From positions 16,938 through 80,937 of IMG/VR virus record IMGVR_UViG_3300048923_000295: DNA of 64,000 nt; one strand, given 5' to 3'. This DNA is from a virus (Duplodnaviria; Caudoviricetes). Below, piece by piece: positions 42,468-52,189 of the stretch. Position 1 is the first letter of the stretch. Every line of letters starts with the position of its first letter. The notes beneath the pieces are model-generated. The model was not told the origin of the DNA. It saw only the letters and a list, made by a program, of their open reading frames with translations, and made no database searches. Made by a program: the position numbers and the translations under genes.

Positions 42468-45400
42468 GTGGCGCGTGTGGGACGTGGGATCCCGAACCGG
42501 CCGGTCATCGTCAGCCCCGTGCCGGTGGCGTCGTCCAGCGATGCGTCGGTGTCCGCAGCCGCGGTTGCCGGAGTTGCCGCGGTTCCGGCGGCGAGCCTGT
42601 CGACCGGGTCCACGCTCACCGCGGCGGCTGTCGCCGCTGTCGCCTCGGTCCCAGGGCCGACGGTCGGTGGTGGTGCGTCGGCCACACCTGCGACGGTGGC
42701 GGGCACGGCGAGTATCCCGGGCCCGGCTGTCAGCGCAGGGTGGACGGGGATCGGGGCTGTCGGCTCGGGCGCGGTCTCGCGGGCAACCGCAGGCGGCACG
42801 ACTCCGACGTTGCCCGCCGGGCTGATCGCCAATGATCTGATGGTCCTGGTCGACGGCGTTGTCTCCTGGGCTGGCACCGGGGGTCCTGCGACTCCGGGGA
42901 CGCCGTCAGGGTGGACGCAGGTCACTAGCTACCTGAACTCGGGTAGCAGCGGTTTCGCCCGGGTGACGCTCTACTACCGGCTGTACCAGCCGGGCGACAC
43001 GGCGCCGACGGTCTCGTACACGGCGAACTCGGGCGGCGGCTCGGACAACCACGCATCCCAGATCCACGCCTACCGCGGCAACGCGACCAGCTCGATCCAG
43101 GATGCGGTCGGCTCCGGGGCGTCGACCGCGCAGAGCTCCACCGCGGTGGGGACGATCACCGGTCTGACGACGACCGCCGCGGGCAGCATGGTGCTGGTCG
43201 CCGCGGTCCGCGATGACCAGCCGACCACCTCCACCGTGCTGACCGGTGACGGGCTGACCTGGGCGAAAGAAGCCGACTACTCCGACGGCACCGCCAACGG
43301 GCTGAGCCTGATCACCCAGTATGCGGTCACAACCACGGCCCTGACGGTCACCAGCAAGACCATTGCGCTCACCGGGTCGGCGGACGCCGCCGGCGCGGCG
43401 TTGATGTGGGCGTTCAAGGCCCTCGCCGCCGCCGCACCGGCCACCGTTTCCGCCGTGGCCGGCGTCCCCTCGGCCGCAGCGACCGTCAGCGTGAGCGTGA
43501 CCGCTACCACGGTCGCAGGTGTCGCCTCGATCCCGTCCGTGCAGGCCGCGGGCGGGGCGGGCACAACACCGGCGTCCGTCGCCGCAGTCGCGTCGATCCC
43601 TGCTCCGGCGCTGATGACCGGCTCGACGATCGCAGCCACAGCGGTAGCCGGGACCGCGTCCGTCGCTGCCGTGCAGGTGCTGGTCTCCCCGCAGGTCGCC
43701 ACCGTTGCGGGGGTCGTGGGTGTTCCCGCGGCGACGCTGGCCGCAGGTGCCGGCGCCGCCCCGACCGGCGTCGCCGGTGTTGCGGCCGTACCTGCCGTGA
43801 CCGTGCAGGCCGGTGTCGGAACAGCTCCTGCCACTGTGGCCGGCGTCGGAGCTGTTCCCGCGCCGGCTCTCGTCGCCGGATCGGTCGCCACACCCGGTGT
43901 TGTCGCTGGTGTCGCCGCGGTGCCGCAAGCATCGGTCGGGATCAGCCCGGCCAGCGTCGCCGCGGTCGCCCTGGTCCCCGCGCCGGCTCTCGTCGCCGGA
44001 TCGACGCTCGACGTCGCCGCGGTCGCCGGGGTCAGCGCCGTTCCCTCGTCCGTGGCTGCGGGGGGCGCCGGGACGAGCCCGGCCGTGGTCACCGCCGTCG
44101 CCTCGGTGCCGGCCGTTGTCGCCTCGGCGAACTCGAATGCGACACCCGGTGTTGCGTCGGCCGCTGTGTCGATTCCGGCCGTGCAGGTTGCAGTCAGCCC
44201 GCAGGTTGCTGCGGTCGCTGCGGTTGCTGCGGTGCCAGGCCCGACCCCGACCGTCAGCTCCACCGCCGCACCCGCCACGGTCACGGCCGTTGCCGTGGCG
44301 CCGGCCGCCTCGGAGCAGGGCGGCGCGGACAGCGTCCCGGCCACGGTCGTCGCCGTCGTCTCGGTCCCATCGGCCGCCGTGACAGCCGGCTCGACGGCCA
44401 CCCCGGTCGTCGTTGCCGGAGTCGGACAGGTGCCGGCGGCCACGCTGGGCATCGCGCCAAACACGGTCATCGCGATCGGCGCAGTGGCGGCGCCGGTGTT
44501 GTCTGCCGGGTCGGCGTCGGCCCCGGCCGTCGTGGCCGGCGTCGGCGATGTTCCCACCGTGCTGGTGCACAGCGGTGCCGGCGCCGCTCCGGTTGCGGTC
44601 ACCTCCACCGCCTCGATCCCCGCCGCGGCGCTGACGACCGGTGGTACCGCCGCGCCAGGCTCCGTGGCCGGTACAGCGCAGGTACCCGAGGTGGTACTCG
44701 CCGGTATCGCCCGGGCAGCGACGGTCACCACGGTCGGTGCGGTCCCGGCCCCGGGCGTCACCGCTGGTTCCACTCTCACGGCCACGACCGTCGCCGGTGT
44801 CGCCCTTGTCCCGGCAGTGTCCGCGGCGGGAGGCGCGGGCGCGCAGCCGAACGTCATCACCGCAGCCGCGGACGTTCCCGCCGCGGCCATCACGACCAGC
44901 CCGACCATCATCGCCGTGGCAGTCTCGGCCACGGTTACCGTGCCCGCGCCGAGCATCATCACAGAATCGGTCATCGCCGCCACGGCGGTGGTCGGCGTCG
45001 CGGACGTTCCGGCCGGCACGGGCGCGGGCGGTGCGGTAGCTGGCCCGGCCACGGTATCCGTGTTCGCGGCGGTCCCGGATCCGGCGGCGGCGGCGGCGGG
45101 CACCACGGCCACGGTCGCCGCGGTGGCCGCAGTCGTGTCCGTGTCGACGCCCGCCTTGTCCGTCGACGCTGCCATCACGCCCGCCGCGGCGGGCGGTGCC
45201 GCCGAGATCCCGGTGCCCGTCGCGTCGGCCAGTGCCACTGCCGGCCCGGTCGCGGTCGTCGGCATCGTCTCGATCCCAACAGCGTCTGCGGCTGGCGGCG
45301 CGGTAGTCACCGCAGTCGCGGTGTCCTGCGGGCCGCCGCAGATCCCCCCGGTGGTGCTCGCGTTCGACAGCACCGCGCCCGCGGGTTCGCTGGCTGGTGC

Positions 45401-45662
45401 GGCACAGATCCCGGTCGCCGTGGTCGCGGTCGGCTCGACGCTGCTCGTCGCCACGGTCGGCCTCGCCGCGACCGTCCCGGCTGTGGACGTGCACGGCGGC
45501 GCCAACGTGGCGCCCGACACTGTGGCCGCCTCGGCGCAGATCCCGGTGATCGCCGTCTATGTGGTGCATCGCAAGGGCCGGCTCACCGGCGGGGCACAGT
45601 ACCTACCCGGCCTGACCGGCACGGCGCGACCGACTGCCACCCTGACCGGTTCTGCCAGCTGA
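42468..45662 (+). CDS. 1064-aa Ala/Val/Gly/Thr-rich repetitive fibre-like protein
   Basis: Dozens of about 20-aa repeats (ATPATVAGVAAVPAP.V..G) around one globular insert (about aa 90-320). Confidence 0.8.
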   Translation: MARVGRGIPNRPVIVSPVPVASSSDASVSAAAVAGVAAVPAASLSTGSTLTAAAVAAVASVPGPTVGGGASATPATVAGTASIPGPAVSAGWTGIGAVGSGAVSRATAGGTTPTLPAGLIANDLMVLVDGVVSWAGTGGPATPGTPSGWTQVTSYLNSGSSGFARVTLYYRLYQPGDTAPTVSYTANSGGGSDNHASQIHAYRGNATSSIQDAVGSGASTAQSSTAVGTITGLTTTAAGSMVLVAAVRDDQPTTSTVLTGDGLTWAKEADYSDGTANGLSLITQYAVTTTALTVTSKTIALTGSADAAGAALMWAFKALAAAAPATVSAVAGVPSAAATVSVSVTATTVAGVASIPSVQAAGGAGTTPASVAAVASIPAPALMTGSTIAATAVAGTASVAAVQVLVSPQVATVAGVVGVPAATLAAGAGAAPTGVAGVAAVPAVTVQAGVGTAPATVAGVGAVPAPALVAGSVATPGVVAGVAAVPQASVGISPASVAAVALVPAPALVAGSTLDVAAVAGVSAVPSSVAAGGAGTSPAVVTAVASVPAVVASANSNATPGVASAAVSIPAVQVAVSPQVAAVAAVAAVPGPTPTVSSTAAPATVTAVAVAPAASEQGGADSVPATVVAVVSVPSAAVTAGSTATPVVVAGVGQVPAATLGIAPNTVIAIGAVAAPVLSAGSASAPAVVAGVGDVPTVLVHSGAGAAPVAVTSTASIPAAALTTGGTAAPGSVAGTAQVPEVVLAGIARAATVTTVGAVPAPGVTAGSTLTATTVAGVALVPAVSAAGGAGAQPNVITAAADVPAAAITTSPTIIAVAVSATVTVPAPSIITESVIAATAVVGVADVPAGTGAGGAVAGPATVSVFAAVPDPAAAAAGTTATVAAVAAVVSVSTPALSVDAAITPAAAGGAAEIPVPVASASATAGPVAVVGIVSIPTASAAGGAVVTAVAVSCGPPQIPPVVLAFDSTAPAGSLAGAAQIPVAVVAVGSTLLVATVGLAATVPAVDVHGGANVAPDTVAASAQIPVIAVYVVHRKGRLTGGAQYLPGLTGTARPTATLTGSAS

Positions 45663-45680
45663 CGAGGAGAGGAGACGACC

Positions 45681-46394
45681 GTGTCCGGGCTGCCTTACAC
45701 CGTCGGTGACGCCGTGCGCCTCACCCTCAACGTCGCCGACATCGACGGCGCCGCCGACGACCCGGACACGATCGCGCTCGACGTCGAGCTGCCCGACGGG
45801 GCGCACACCGCTATACCGTCGGGCGACCTCGTCCATCAGGCGCTGGGCCTGTACCTGTACGACTACACCGCCACCGTCGCCGGCCGGCACATGGCCCGCT
45901 GGACGACCACCCTGCCTGACGGGCTGCTCATCACCGAGTTCGACGTCGCGCCCGCTCTGGATTCGACGACGCCGTACCGGCCGGTGTACGCCACGGCGGC
46001 GGACTACCGGCAGGTCACCGGACAGGACCCGCCCCCGGACGCGATCCGCCGCCTGGCCGACGCCAGCGAGTATCTCGATGAGCTACTGATCACGTCGTGG
46101 TACGAGACCGACCCGGAAACCGAGCTACCGACCGATCCGCGGATCGCCGCGGCGATGGCCCGCGCGGTCTGCTGGCAGGTCCACTGGGAGGAGACAACCG
46201 GGGACCGGGACGGCCTGGGGCTGGTCTACCCGTCGATGAGCATCGGGTCGGTGTCGATCAGCCGCGGGTCGGGCAGTGGGGGGACGACCGGGTCAGCGTG
46301 GGACCGAGCCGCACCCCGGCTCGTCACCGCGCTGCGGACCGCTGTGGACTCGCGCGGGTATGCGCTGCTCGGGCACCCGATCGTCCTCGGCTGA
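45681..46394 (+). CDS. Ig/BppU-like domain fused to head-tail adaptor
   Basis: N-terminal GLYLYDYT...GRHMARW; C-terminal YATAADY...RRLADASEYLD...AVCWQV...SIGSVSISR. Confidence 0.75.
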   Translation: MSGLPYTVGDAVRLTLNVADIDGAADDPDTIALDVELPDGAHTAIPSGDLVHQALGLYLYDYTATVAGRHMARWTTTLPDGLLITEFDVAPALDSTTPYRPVYATAADYRQVTGQDPPPDAIRRLADASEYLDELLITSWYETDPETELPTDPRIAAAMARAVCWQVHWEETTGDRDGLGLVYPSMSIGSVSISRGSGSGGTTGSAWDRAAPRLVTALRTAVDSRGYALLGHPIVLG

Positions 46395-46683
46395 CAGCAC
46401 GGTGATCGTCGCGTCCGGGGCGAGCGGCACCCACCGGCCGCCCTGCGAGCCGTAGGCCCGTCGGCAGCCGCAGAACCAGACGTTCCCGGCGGGAAGTTCA
46501 GGCGTCCAGCCGCTCGCGGTCACCGCCCGCACCATCGGCGGCCGGCACCGGTGGATCCACCCCGTCGGGGCTGCATGGTCCCAGCGCACCCGACCATCAT
46601 CCCGGATCGGTGGCGGATGACGGCCGCGCGGGTACGCGGCGCCTTGGGCCGCTAGACGACTAGGAGTACCGATCAACCGCCGG

Positions 46684-46767
46684 GGTGCCCGCCGGGATTT
46701 GAACCCGGGTTCCGCGTCCCCGCGCGGACCGTCACGGCTGATCGTAGCCGGCTCGTTGTAGCGGGCC
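46684..46767 (-). ncRNA. tRNA-like element (no D-stem, long extra arm), antisense to late genes
   Basis: Minus strand: GCCCGC-TA-CAACGAGC-CGGCT/AGCCG-...-CGGG-TTCAAAT-CCCG-GCGGGC-ACC; canonical T-loop. Confidence 0.4.
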
Positions 46768-46860
46768 GGCCGGTCTCACCGGGCTTATATGTGCGGCCCG
46801 GCCGCGAACCCCCGCCCGCATCGCGTGATCCGCGCCACACGTCTCTCCCTGGGAGGTCCG

Positions 46861-47199
46861 GTGGCCGGCATCCCCGCGATGCTCCTCCGCTTCCTCGCCG
46901 TCGTCGAGCCCTACCAGGGCGCCGGCGCACACGGCCCGATCCTTGGCCCGCCCGCCCCGGCCATGCCGTGCTTCGCCGAGGTTCGCCGCTCGCTGACCGT
47001 CGACCGCGAATCCCGCCGGATCACCTCCACGGCCACCGTCTGGCTGCCCCTCGGCACCGACTGCCCGGCCGAGTCGATGGTCACCGTCCTCCGCCGTGAC
47101 AGCTCCCTCCTGATCGCCCGCACGCGGGTGCTCGCCGCGACACCGCGGGACGGCGGCGGCCTGCCCGTCCCCGACCACCTCGAACTCCAACTCCAGTAG
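46861..47199 (+). CDS. head closure / head-tail joining protein
   Basis: VVEPYQGAGAHGP.LG...VRRSL...ITST..VWLP...P.ES.VT...PDHLEL.L; GGAGGT SD. Confidence 0.8.
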   Translation: MAGIPAMLLRFLAVVEPYQGAGAHGPILGPPAPAMPCFAEVRRSLTVDRESRRITSTATVWLPLGTDCPAESMVTVLRRDSSLLIARTRVLAATPRDGGGLPVPDHLELQLQ

Positions 47200-47215
47200 A
47201 GAGGGGGGTCGCGCT

Positions 47216-47557
47216 GTGGCGCGCACCGCCATCACCCCGACCACCGTCACTCCGGCCGGCGTCGACCCGTTCCCGTCCAGCGGGGACGCGACCAACGGCC
47301 ACACCTTCCCGTGGGCGGCTACCCGGCTGCTCGCGGTCCGCAACGGTGGCGGCAGCTCCCTGACTGTCACCGTCCGCGCGAACTACACGGTGGACGGTCT
47401 CGTCCTGCCGGACAGGACGGTGACCGTCGCCGCCGGCGCCAGCCGGATCATCGACACCCGGGGAGCCGCTTACCAGCAGACCGACGGCGGCGTCTACGTC
47501 GACCTGTCCTCGGCGACGTCGGTGGTCCTCGGCGTGCTGGACATAGCCCGCGGATGA
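47216..47557 (+). CDS. small structural protein, paralog of 39647-40027
   Basis: Both begin MARTAI and share DATN.H, L.V.N, LTVTV.A. Confidence 0.7.
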   Translation: MARTAITPTTVTPAGVDPFPSSGDATNGHTFPWAATRLLAVRNGGGSSLTVTVRANYTVDGLVLPDRTVTVAAGASRIIDTRGAAYQQTDGGVYVDLSSATSVVLGVLDIARG

Positions 47558-47991
47558 GCATCGCCGAGGCCGTCGCCGCTTGGCTCGGTGGCAACGTCCC
47601 CGGCCTAGCCTGGCAGCCTGACGGCGCCTACCCGGACGGCACGGTCGGCCTGTACGTCGAGCAGCTCCCCGCCGGGCCGGATATCGCCGTCGCCGTCCTC
47701 ACCACCGACGGCCAGCCGTCGGACAGCCTCCTCGCCTGGGACATGCCCGCACTCCAAGTCCGGGTCCGCGGCGACCGCTCCCCGTTCGGCGCGCAGCAGA
47801 TCGCCCAGCAGATCTACAGCGCTCTGCACGGTCTCGCAGACGTCGAGCTGCCCGACGGCACATGGCTCGGCCTCGCGGTGTGCCTCAACTCCGGTCCGAC
47901 CACGTCGGCGCCGGACGAGCAGGGCCGCTGGCAGTGGGTCGTCGGCGTCGACCTCCAGACCCTCGCGCCGACGGAGCATCGGCCCGCCTGA
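47554..47991 (+). CDS. tail terminator protein
   Basis: LPAGPDIAVAV...WDMPALQVRVRG...IYSALHGL...DEQGRWQWVV. Confidence 0.85.
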   Translation: MSIAEAVAAWLGGNVPGLAWQPDGAYPDGTVGLYVEQLPAGPDIAVAVLTTDGQPSDSLLAWDMPALQVRVRGDRSPFGAQQIAQQIYSALHGLADVELPDGTWLGLAVCLNSGPTTSAPDEQGRWQWVVGVDLQTLAPTEHRPA

Positions 47992-48007
47992 GCATCACCC
48001 ATCCACC

Positions 48008-48039
48008 AAGCCCCATCCGACCTCTCGGGTGGGGCTTTC
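48008..48039 (+). terminator. hairpin upstream of the tail tube gene
   Basis: AAGCCCCATCCGA-CCTC-TCGGGTGGGGCTT. Confidence 0.6.
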
Positions 48040-48060
48040 ACGTTTCCAGGAGAGATCCGC

Positions 48061-48513
48061 ATGGTTGCGACGCAGGTCCCCGCGCGGAGCCTGATCGTGC
48101 AGGTCCGCGCCGCGGACGGCACCACCTGGCTCCCCATCAAGGGCATCACCCAGTGGACCATGAACCCGGCCGAGGGCGAGGAGGTCACCGACGTCACGAC
48201 CTACGACTCGCAGGGTGACGCCGAGTCCCGCAAGATGCAGCGCGGCAAGTCCCTGAAGGGTGAGGGGAAGCTCTACAAGGACAGCTTGACCGGCGTCCAG
48301 GACGCGGGGCAGGCCCGCTGCGAGGTCATCGCCGACTCGCTGGCTGAGGACTCCGTCGGCCGCGTGCGGTTCCGGCATCCGATGGATGGCCAGTGGCGCG
48401 TCTGGGACGCGATCTTCAGCGTGGGTGAACAGGGCGGGGGCAACAACGACATGACCTCATGGAGCGTCACCGCTACCCGCACCGGCTCGTCCATGACGGC
48501 GTCCGCGCCGTGA
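48061..48513 (+). CDS. major tail tube protein
   Basis: WLPIKGI...DVTTYDSQG...QRG.SL..EG...D.GQ...RFRHP...GGGNND.TSW....R.G. Confidence 0.88.
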   Translation: MVATQVPARSLIVQVRAADGTTWLPIKGITQWTMNPAEGEEVTDVTTYDSQGDAESRKMQRGKSLKGEGKLYKDSLTGVQDAGQARCEVIADSLAEDSVGRVRFRHPMDGQWRVWDAIFSVGEQGGGNNDMTSWSVTATRTGSSMTASAP

Positions 48514-49070
48514 CCCGCTCAGAGCACAGTGCCCCCGCCTCGTCGCGGCAGCCGCTCGACGAGTACACGGTCGACCCGTCGGAGATCTACGACCCGGACG
48601 ACGTCGACCCGGACGACGGCCCGGATGAGTTCGAGGACTTCGACGCCTACTGGGCCGAGCACGGCACGCGGGTGGAGATCCGCCGGGCGCGGATATGCGG
48701 CGTCGACGTCGAGGTCCCCACCGACCTGCCGCTCGAGGTCGAGGTCATCCTCCAGCGCCGCGGCGGCGAACTGACCGACCGCGACCTTGAACGGGTCATC
48801 GACCTCATGTTCGGTGAGGACGTCCTCTCCCTCTGGATCTCGAACGGGATGACCAGGTCGCAGTTCCCCGTCGTCTGCGCCTGGGCGCTCGCGAACGCGG
48901 AGGGCCGGCGGATCAGCTTCGCGGAGGCTGCGGAGAAGGTCGCCGAGTCCCAGGCGCGCCCTACGAACCGGGCGGAGCGCCGCGCCGCGAGCCGCCCCCA
49001 TGGGTCCGCTTCTGGCCGTTCGTCGTCGCGGACTTCGCGCGGGAGTACGGCCTCGCGCAGGAGGCGGTAG
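48510..49070 (+). CDS. tail assembly chaperone (gpG-like)
   Basis: Acidic N-terminus, DFDAYWAE, between tail tube and TMP. Confidence 0.8.
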   Translation: MTRSEHSAPASSRQPLDEYTVDPSEIYDPDDVDPDDGPDEFEDFDAYWAEHGTRVEIRRARICGVDVEVPTDLPLEVEVILQRRGGELTDRDLERVIDLMFGEDVLSLWISNGMTRSQFPVVCAWALANAEGRRISFAEAAEKVAESQARPTNRAERRAASRPHGSASGRSSSRTSRGSTASRRRR

Positions 49071-49207
49071 CCCGCCTGTCCTGGCGGGAGTTCTGCCGCT
49101 ACCTCGGCGGCTTGTCCGCCGAGGCGGTGTACCGGCAGGTCGTCCGCCACGCCCCTGCTCTCGTCACGGACGAGACGCAGATCCGCAGCGTCATCAACCG
49201 CATGTGA
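48995..49207 (+). CDS. tail assembly chaperone C-terminal extension (gpT-like, -1 frame)
   Basis: RFWPFVVADFAREYGL...LSWREFCRYLGGLSAEA, typical gpT motif; no clear start of its own; start coordinate approximate. Confidence 0.7.
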   Translation, partial: PPWVRFWPFVVADFAREYGLAQEAVARLSWREFCRYLGGLSAEAVYRQVVRHAPALVTDETQIRSVINRM

Positions 49208-49225
49208 GCAGCCTCGGGAGGCCCT

Positions 49226-52174
49226 ATGGCCTCCGTCGGCGGCGGTCTCAATGTCGGCCGGTTGTATGCCACATTGGATCTGGATACAGCCCAGTTCACC
49301 CGCGGTCTCGCGGGCGCGGGCGCCCTGTTCGCCGGGTTCACGGCCGGGTTCGGCAACGCGATCTCCTACCTCGGCGTAGCCGCGGCCGGCATCCAGGCCA
49401 TCGCCGGGGTCGGCGCGGTCCTCGGCGCGATCGCTCCCGCAGCCGCCGTCGCGATTCCCGCGGTCCTCGGCCTCGCGCAGGCATTCGGCACACTGAAGCT
49501 CGCCTTTTCCGGGGTCGGAGCGGCTATCTCAGCCGGATTCAAGGCCCGCAGCCCAGGCGGGGGTGGCGGAGGCGGAGGCGGGGGTTCCGCCGCAGCGGCG
49601 AAAGCCCGGGCGAACGCCATCAAGAACGCCGAGCAGAGCCTCGGGGATGCGCGGGAAAGGCTCGCCGACGCCTACCAGTCCGCAGAGAAGCGCAACATCG
49701 CCGCGCAGCGCGAAGCTATGCAGGCGCAGAAAGACCTGACCAAGGCCCGCCAGGATGCGTTGCAGCGCCTCCAGGACCTCCGCCGCGAGGTCGAACGCGG
49801 CTCCCTCGACGAGCGCGAAGCCGCGCTCGCCGTACGGGACGCCGAACGGGAGTTGCAGCGGGTCCAAGGCGATTCGACGTCCACGGCGGACGACCAAGAA
49901 CGGGCCGTCCTCGCCTACGAACGCGCCAAAAACGCGTTGAGTGACACCCGCGAGGAAATCACCAACAACAAGACCCAGCTCGCGGAGATGACCGCGAAAG
50001 GCGTTGACGGCTCCGACGAGGTTGTTGCCGCCCAGGAGCGGGTCCAAGAGGCCAACCAGAACATCATCGACACGCAGATCGAGGGCCAGCGGTCCATCCG
50101 GGATGCGCTCCGCGGTGTCGAGCGGGCCGAGGACGCGCTCGCGCAGGCCCGCGAGACGTCCACCGCTGCGGCGGCGGGCGGCACGAACGCCTACGCCGAT
50201 GCACTGGCGAAGCTGCCGCCACTCGCACGGGAGTTCGTGCAGACCCTGATGGGGTTCGCGCCGCAGTTCGACCAGCTCAAAGAAGCCGCGAGCCACGTTT
50301 TCCCCGGAATGACATCCGCCCTGAAAGACGTCATGACCAACTTTGACGTTTTCAAGGCGGGCATCCGCTCGACAGCCGACAGCATATCCAGCGTTGCCGA
50401 GCGCGCCGGGAAAATGTTCTCAGGCCCAGGGTTCCGTGGAGAACTCCAGACGATGATGGCAAACAACGCCATCGCGACGAAGAACTTCGGCGATTCGCTC
50501 GTCAACGTGCTCCGAGGTTTCTTCTCGATCGGGGCCGCAGCGTCCCCGATCCTCGCAGCGATCTCTGGTGGCGTCGGGGGGATCACGGAGAAGTTCCGTC
50601 TGTGGGCGGAGCAGGCGAACGCGTCCGGCCGGCTCACACAGATCATCGGTCAGGCCGTGGGCTACCTGGTGCAGCTCGGCCAGATCGTCGGCACCGTCGC
50701 AAAGGGCCTCGGGAACCTGTTCGGCGCGTTCAACGTGTCCGGCGGCGGCGCCCTGAACACGTTGCAGCAGCTCGCGGCAGCATTCCTTAAGTTCACCGAG
50801 AACAAGGCTGTCATATCGATCGTTCAGGCGTTGGCGAGTGCCTTCCAGGGGGCACTCGGGCAGGCTCTCACCACCGTCTTTCAGGTGCTCGAGGATCTCC
50901 TTCCGTCGATTCAGGAAATGGCTCCGCTGTTCTCGCAGCTGATGCCGCTTCTGATGCTGTTCGCGACCGGACCTCTCGGACCGGTGTTGAAGCTGCTGGG
51001 AGCGTTCGGGCTGTTCGGGCCGGCGTTGAAGGAGATCGCGAAGCCGCTCGGCGAGTTCGCGAAGGCGGCGGGCGGGCTGCTGTCGCAGGTCATGACCGCG
51101 CTCGGACCGGTGCTCGTCGCGGTCGGCCGGGCCTTCGGGCAGATCCTGACTGCGCTGGCGCCGCTCCTTCCCCCGATCGGCCAGTTCCTAGCAGCGGTCC
51201 TGTCGATCGTCCCGCCTCTGGCGCAGATCGCCGGCCAGTTGATCGCCCAGCTCCTCGCCGGGCTCCAGCCGCTCCTGCCGGTGCTCGTTCAGGCCGGTCA
51301 GCAGCTGGCTGCCGGGCTGGTCACAGCCCTTCAGCAGACCCAGCCGGCGCTGACGGCGGTGATCGGCGCGGTGGTGCAGCTCCTCCCGGCGCTGCTGCCG
51401 CTGGTCCCGGCGATCATGCAGATCACGCTGGCAGTGCTGCCCCTTTTGCCAGTTTTGGCACAGTTGGTGGCGCAGCTGCTAAGCGCCCTGATGCCGATCA
51501 TCATGCCGCTGGTGCAGCTACTGGTGAACCTCGCGGTGACGCTGACCAACATCGTCACGGTCGCCCTGACGATCGTCGTTGGGGCGATCCGCATCTTGGT
51601 CGGCGCGGTGTCCGCCATGCTCGGCACCGTCGGCGTGGCAGCCGGCCAGCTCGTCGGCTGGTTCGTCGGCCTGGGAGCCAAGATCACCGGCGCCTTCGCC
51701 GACGCCTCGCGCTGGCTGGTCGAGGCCGGCAAGAAGATCATGGAGGGCCTGCTCAAGGGCCTGACCGCCGGCTGGGACAGCGTGAAGGGGTTCGTCGGCG
51801 GCATCGCCGGCAAGATCACCAAGCTCAAGGGGCCCCTGCCCTACGACGCCCGACTCCTGATCCCCGCCGGCTCCGCGATCATGGGCAGCCTCCTCGACGG
51901 CCTCCAGAAAACCTGGCCGCAGGTCGCTTCCTACCTGTCCGGGGTCGCCCCGGCCATCGCCGGCATCGCCGGCGCCGTCGCGAACCCAACCCCGACCACC
52001 GCGGCAGCGGCGGCGCAGGCAGTGGGCCAGGCGGTGCAGGTGATGTTCAGCGGGCCCGTCTACGCGGACAGCGCGGGCATCGCACGGCTGGCCGCGCAGA
52101 TCGCCGTCCCGGTCCGCAACGAGATCAACCGCTTCGCCGGGCGGAACGGCGGCACAACCGGCCTCGTGGCCTGA
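49226..52174 (+). CDS. tape measure protein
   Basis: VGRLYATLDLD start, long helical region with PLL..L repeats, W-rich C-terminus. Confidence 0.93.
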   Translation: MASVGGGLNVGRLYATLDLDTAQFTRGLAGAGALFAGFTAGFGNAISYLGVAAAGIQAIAGVGAVLGAIAPAAAVAIPAVLGLAQAFGTLKLAFSGVGAAISAGFKARSPGGGGGGGGGGSAAAAKARANAIKNAEQSLGDARERLADAYQSAEKRNIAAQREAMQAQKDLTKARQDALQRLQDLRREVERGSLDEREAALAVRDAERELQRVQGDSTSTADDQERAVLAYERAKNALSDTREEITNNKTQLAEMTAKGVDGSDEVVAAQERVQEANQNIIDTQIEGQRSIRDALRGVERAEDALAQARETSTAAAAGGTNAYADALAKLPPLAREFVQTLMGFAPQFDQLKEAASHVFPGMTSALKDVMTNFDVFKAGIRSTADSISSVAERAGKMFSGPGFRGELQTMMANNAIATKNFGDSLVNVLRGFFSIGAAASPILAAISGGVGGITEKFRLWAEQANASGRLTQIIGQAVGYLVQLGQIVGTVAKGLGNLFGAFNVSGGGALNTLQQLAAAFLKFTENKAVISIVQALASAFQGALGQALTTVFQVLEDLLPSIQEMAPLFSQLMPLLMLFATGPLGPVLKLLGAFGLFGPALKEIAKPLGEFAKAAGGLLSQVMTALGPVLVAVGRAFGQILTALAPLLPPIGQFLAAVLSIVPPLAQIAGQLIAQLLAGLQPLLPVLVQAGQQLAAGLVTALQQTQPALTAVIGAVVQLLPALLPLVPAIMQITLAVLPLLPVLAQLVAQLLSALMPIIMPLVQLLVNLAVTLTNIVTVALTIVVGAIRILVGAVSAMLGTVGVAAGQLVGWFVGLGAKITGAFADASRWLVEAGKKIMEGLLKGLTAGWDSVKGFVGGIAGKITKLKGPLPYDARLLIPAGSAIMGSLLDGLQKTWPQVASYLSGVAPAIAGIAGAVANPTPTTAAAAAQAVGQAVQVMFSGPVYADSAGIARLAAQIAVPVRNEINRFAGRNGGTTGLVA

Positions 52175-52189
52175 CCCAGGAGACCCCCT

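Noticed and set aside
42906-45709. ORFs 42906-45569 (-), 43277-45520 (-) and 43406-45709 (+)
   Set aside because: Alternative frames of the repetitive 1064-aa gene; stop-poor because of GC content.
46684-46767. tmRNA gene or attachment-site remnant
   Set aside because: Only a T-arm-like 3' part resembles tmRNA; no tag reading frame or matching 5' end, and no adjacent integrase.
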